A DNA stretch of 64,000 nucleotides from Bugula neritina (taxonomy: Eukaryota; Animalia; Bryozoa). Shown one piece after another: positions 58,784 through 64,000 of this stretch (its first letter is position 1; each line of letters starts with the position of its first letter). The stretch spans positions 30,768,628 through 30,832,627 of the forward strand of contig OZ037767.1 of NCBI GenBank assembly GCA_964035545.1, written 5' to 3'. The notes beneath the pieces were generated by a model. It had not been told where the DNA came from. It did no database searches and saw nothing but the letters and a program-made list of their open reading frames with translations. Made by a program: the position numbers and the translations under genes.

Positions 58784-60068
58784 GTAAGTTGAATATTGGC
58801 AAATACTGAAAGTTGTTATGTCAATTTATGCTTGTACCTTTGGCCTCAAAATATGGTAATATTTTTGAACCCGCATTGAAGTTTTTTTGTGATTAAATTT
58901 ATATCAATAGATGTGAACTCGACATTGGGCTTGGCCTTGGGACTGAGGTTCGCTGCACAATTTCAGCAACAACTTCAAGTTGAAGTTGTACTACAGTTTT
59001 AAGTCTAAGATCAAAGTTCAGTTTCATTTTGATTGTAAAATGATCAGTATAAATAATAAATATAATATGATTATTGCTAATTCGTTCTCCTAATACTAAC
59101 GTCGTTTGATTTTTACTTTGATAGTTATTGTCTACAGGCCTCAGATTCCTATACTATAGTTATAATTTTATCTTTCAACAATTCAGTAAATTGACCTAAA
59201 CTTAAAATTGATAGATGTTTATTACTCAAATATACAAGTGATTTTAATTTGACAAGCATTAGATTAAGAATTAGCATGAAAGCTAGTTTTGTTCTGAGTT
59301 TAATATTGACAATTGTAATGGATAGTATTTGCGCTTCCATATTTTTACAGTTTCTTTGCATGAAAAGTACCATATTTTGTGAAAAGAAGTGCTTTTCAGT
59401 TAATAGAGTTTTCAGCCAGCGTGTTGGCAGTAAATGTTGCCTGCTGCATTGTGCAAGTCTTTTTTTAGTCAGATGAATAAGACATGTATGAATGTTACTT
59501 AAACAAAGTATAACTTCTTACTTTCTAACTGATAGTTAAGCATCATCTATCATTAATACTGCATTTCTATCTTTGCACCTCAAATATTTACATAAATATG
59601 TAATAAGTAGAGGAATCTATTTCCCTGAAATGAATTGGAACAGCAGAGAGTGTCTCATACTTAAGTGTCCTAAATAGTATGATTTTAGTACCATTCTGCT
59701 AAAATGGTACTAAAAGCACTAAATTTGTTCCTGTTATGTGATACTATCTACTCTACACCTTTTGGAAATAATTTGGCAAGTTTTATATTAGGTTGATTTT
59801 TTACCCCTAAGTCCACAGGTACTCAACATAGAAATAATCTCAATATATCTTATAATTAGTTTATTTAGTCTTTTTTGCTTTCTAAATACTCACTTCACAT
59901 GAACTAACCATGTATTTTCGTGATAACTAAGTGAACACAGCTATAATTATGACTACTAGTTAATATAATATATACACATAGTCTTGTAAACACTCTTCAG
60001 TTTCTTTTCCTTAAAGATTAACTAATGCATATTTATTTTAGGTATTTTGACACATTTATTGAAACAAG

Positions 60069-63000
60069 ATGGCTGAAGCAAAACCCAGGGAGATAGAATG
60101 TGGGTTTTGTTTGTTAAAGGAAGGTCTTGAGACCCCAAAGTCTCTACCCTGTGGTCACATACATTGTTTACTTTGTCTAACTAAAAATGTTGATGTGAAT
60201 GACCTGATCAGATGTCCTTGGTGCAGGTAAATTATATTACATACTATATGCTATTCTCAGACTACAAGTGTATCTATTTAACTTCATAGTGTGACTCTGA
60301 TGCATGTTGAGTGTACTTTCTATTATATTCGGCATTATATGTGTTACAGAGAAGTGTTTGATGTGAGTATAGAGACTCTGCCTTCTGCTGATGTAGAGGA
60401 CAACTCCACATCATGCTTTGTCTGTACTAAGAAGGGGATAAAGAATATCCCAGCTGTGATATACTGTACTGTGTGCAGTAAACTCTTCTGTGGGAAACAT
60501 AGAGAGGTACTTTAATGTTGATTATTCTTTCTGCGGAATTTAGCTGTGTAAAAATTAATAAAGAAAAAAACAACATAGTGATTTCTGACATGAAATATAT
60601 TTTATAGTCACATGATGATACCAATGATGATCACCAGCAGTTGATCATATCAGAATACAGAGTACAAGCTAAGAGACTGGAGAGAAAAGTTTGTTCTAAA
60701 CACACAGACTACCAAATATCTCTGGGATGTAAACTCTGTGCTCAACTGTTTTGTGTGCAGTGTTTATCTCGGACTGACTCTTGTGTTGGAGGTGAAATTT
60801 TTATATTGCTCCTATTACTATTTATTCACATTTAATGTACATGATAATTGTGAAAAAATATTTACTATATTCTATAATGACTACAACATTCTTGTCTGTT
60901 GGCTTGAATTAGTTACTCACACCTAGTAAATGGGATTTTATATATACAAATTATAGCAACCTGGTAGCAGTATTTGTGGTCGTCTAACTGAAAGTCGTCT
61001 AACTGAAAGTCTTACACCCAAATCATTGTGGATTCTGTTAATGTTTTATCCTGTAAAATTAACTGTAGTTTAGTAATACATTTCCAGGTTCAGCCCATCC
61101 CATGCTCAGTCTGGATGACCTCATCAAGGAACTGGTAAATGTAGAAGAACTGACTACTACAGAAGACAAAGTATCTTCTCTATTCAAACAACTTTCTAAA
61201 ACTATATCTGACTTTGATACTGAAACAGGAGAGTTACTAGACATTCTCCATACACAGCGTGATGAACAGGTGTGATTGATGTCACATTTTCTAGAATGTG
61301 TTTGTTTCCTGTCACACCATGTAAAGGTTTTAATGGTTTACTCGTATGTTTTAGTTGGCTGAGGTGAGACTTAAGTATGAGAAACTTGAAGAGGAGTTCT
61401 TAGCTAGTAGAAAGAAAACTAAAGATGCACTGGATGCATACATGGAGAGAGAAGTTGGAGCTGTTTTGTCTGAACTGAGTAAAAGTAGAATGAAGATAGA
61501 TGCTCAACTCAGACAAAACAATCAGGTGTGTAGAGTTGAGATACAAGTAACTTGTGTTGAATTATTGAGTCTGGTTTAAAATTATATGCTAATTGTATCG
61601 CATGATTTTCTGTTGTACATGAAAACAGTTTTGTTTTGGTGAATAAATGTAAATTGTTGAATCGATAGGATAGTGTGAAGAATCTGGGAAGTATTTTCAA
61701 GATTTTGAGAAACCCTTGAGTGAAGTAATGTTCCACTAGTGACTAAAGTACAAGTATATTTCATAGTTAGATGTTAAAGGGATATTTTCTGAACTCTTGT
61801 TTGTTTTTATATTCAAAAAAGTGGTTTTTAAATGTAGCTTAAAAAGATCTAAGTTAATATTTATTCTCTCTATTCAAAATGTTCTGGTTATTGGAGAAGT
61901 TGTATTAAAATTTTCAAATCAAATTTAGAAGCTGGTTTAGCTATGTGGCCTTTTTGATTTGCTAAAGCACTTTTTATTAACTATCAGTGGGTCAGTGATA
62001 ATCATCGAGTATTTATGAAATTTTTATATTGCACAAACAAGAAAGAATCAGCTTTAATTTCACATTATTTTTGCTAATCTTCCTTTAATTACAGTTGACC
62101 TCTATTCACAGGTGGATCTAGTTGAAGGATATGCAGAGATTAAGGATAGAATACAGAGACTTGTATCTGTTGAGATATCTGAACTAGAACTGTGTGATGT
62201 CATGACTCTAGAGGTCAAAGGTTAGTTGGTATAAGCTGACTATTGTATATTCATGTAATACTGTGTTACTGAATATGTTGTATTTATGTTTACTATCTAC
62301 ATCATAGTCATTCTATACTCTCTTATATTAATTACTAGATTTAATTGTATAGGAAAGATAGAACAATACAACTCATGTATAAAATACAATACCATGCATA
62401 CCAGTTTACAAACATTACTTCTACTTGTCATATGATACGGTGTAGAGATCTTTGTATATACTCACTATACTTTTATACTCTTCATTAATCCATGTTGAAC
62501 TAGCATTATATTTACTATTCTATAATATATTCACTACTTTTATATAATATATTCACTACTATTATATAATATATTTACTACTATTATATAATATATTCAC
62601 TACTATTATATAATATATTCACTACTATTATATAATATACTCACTACTATTATATAATATATTCACTACTATCATATAATATATTTACTATTCTATAATA
62701 TATTCACTACTTTTATATAATATATTCACTACTATTATATAATATATTTACTACTATTATATAATATACTCACTGCTATTATATAATATATTCACTACTA
62801 TTATATAATATATTCACTACTATTATATAATATATTCACTGATATTATATAATATATTCACTACTATTATATAATATACTCACTGCTATTATATAATGTA
62901 TTCACTACTATTATATAATATATTCACTACTATTATATAATATATTCACTACTATTATATATTATATTCACTGCTATTATATAATATATTCACTACTATT

Positions 63001-64000
63001 ATATAATATATTCACTACTATTATATAATATATTCACTACTATTCTATAATATATTCACTACTTTTATATAATATATTCACTGCTATTATATAATATATT
63101 CACTACTATTATATAATATATTCACTACTATTATATAATATATTCACTACTATTATATAATATATTCACTACTATTCTATAATATATTCACTGCTATTAT
63201 ATAATATATTCACTGCTATTATATAATATATTCACTGCTATTATTTAATAGACTTCCTACAAACTCACTTCATTTGTTGTATTCACTATTATATACCATT
63301 ATCTTCACTACTGTTACATTACATTATATTCTCTGTTGTTTTATGATATATTATTTCCATCACTAACATGTAGTACTATTTTTACTATTAATATATAATG
63401 TTATATTCACTGCTATTATATAATGTTATATTCCCTACAAATAGTATAGTATAATATATTTAAGTAGTATATTAAGTACTATTTTATAATATGTTTACTT
63501 TATGCTATTATTTACTTTACTACATTTATATATACTTTACAGGAGAGAAGAGAGACATAGAAGTAGATTTAGTTTCTGCAGCAGACGTTTCTATTAGTTT
63601 GGATCAAGGAGTGACAACTTCTACTCTTCCTAATTCCCTCGAACTCTTTCAGTCTGTTGATGTTTCTGATTATTGTTACTCAGTCTGTAGATATGAGGGT
63701 AACACTTATGTAGGACTGCCTGGTAGAGTAGACAGAGTAGATGAGAACTATAATGTTACTCAGTCATTTGTTACAGTCAGTGGTTCTGTGTTTGGTCTTA
63801 CAGCATATAAAGATCAGCTGTATAGTTTAGTGCGAGGTGGCCTTAATAATTGGAAAGTAAATGTGTATGACTTTAGTGGTCATCAGGTGACCAGCTGGTC
63901 TCACAGCGACAATGTTGGGTATAGCAATACTTTTGTTATAGTGGATGATCAGGTTGTAGTCCCTGATAGACAAAGTAAAAGACTCACAATCTACTCTCTT
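60069..64000 (+). CDS. TRIM-like RING/B-box/coiled-coil/beta-propeller protein, copy 6 (3' end beyond window)
   Basis: Exons 60069-60226, 60350-60506, 60608-60791, 61088-61269, 61355-61525, 62112-62220, 63543->64000. Frame is open to the window edge (..VVVPDRQSKRLTIYSL). Confidence 0.88.
62505..63250. repeat. 22-bp VNTR in intron 6, copy 6
   Basis: About 33 units. Confidence 0.92.

Overview
This is AT-rich, intron-containing animal genomic DNA, most likely from an invertebrate; the taxon cannot be fixed from sequence alone. The left part (2590-16907, +) is a complete 20-exon calsyntenin gene, hand-spliced from GT/AG junctions. Its cadherin-1/cadherin-2 junction appears to have lost the Ca2+-binding motifs and gained a Pro-rich insert of about 70 aa. 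The rest (19.6 kb to the window end, +) is a head-to-tail array of six TRIM-like paralogues with 8 coding exons: RING, B-box1, B-box2, coiled coil and an NHL-like beta-propeller. Four are intact, one has a single nonsense codon, and one is cut by the window edge. The strongest signal is that the paralogues are near-identical except at about 12 short, regularly spaced patches in the propeller, which fall in the predicted loops of one face and are shared between copies in patchwork fashion. Five copies also carry an NF-kB-like site next to an initiator motif. Together this suggests (inference) a recombination-diversified, inducible family of intracellular receptors/E3 ligases. The array also holds a decayed hAT (Charlie/Buster-type) element in two copies, a 2.2-kb foldback element inserted at one putative TSS, a probable solo LTR, and a variable-number 22-bp minisatellite upstream of the variable exon. 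All exon calls and alignments were made by eye; no searches were run.
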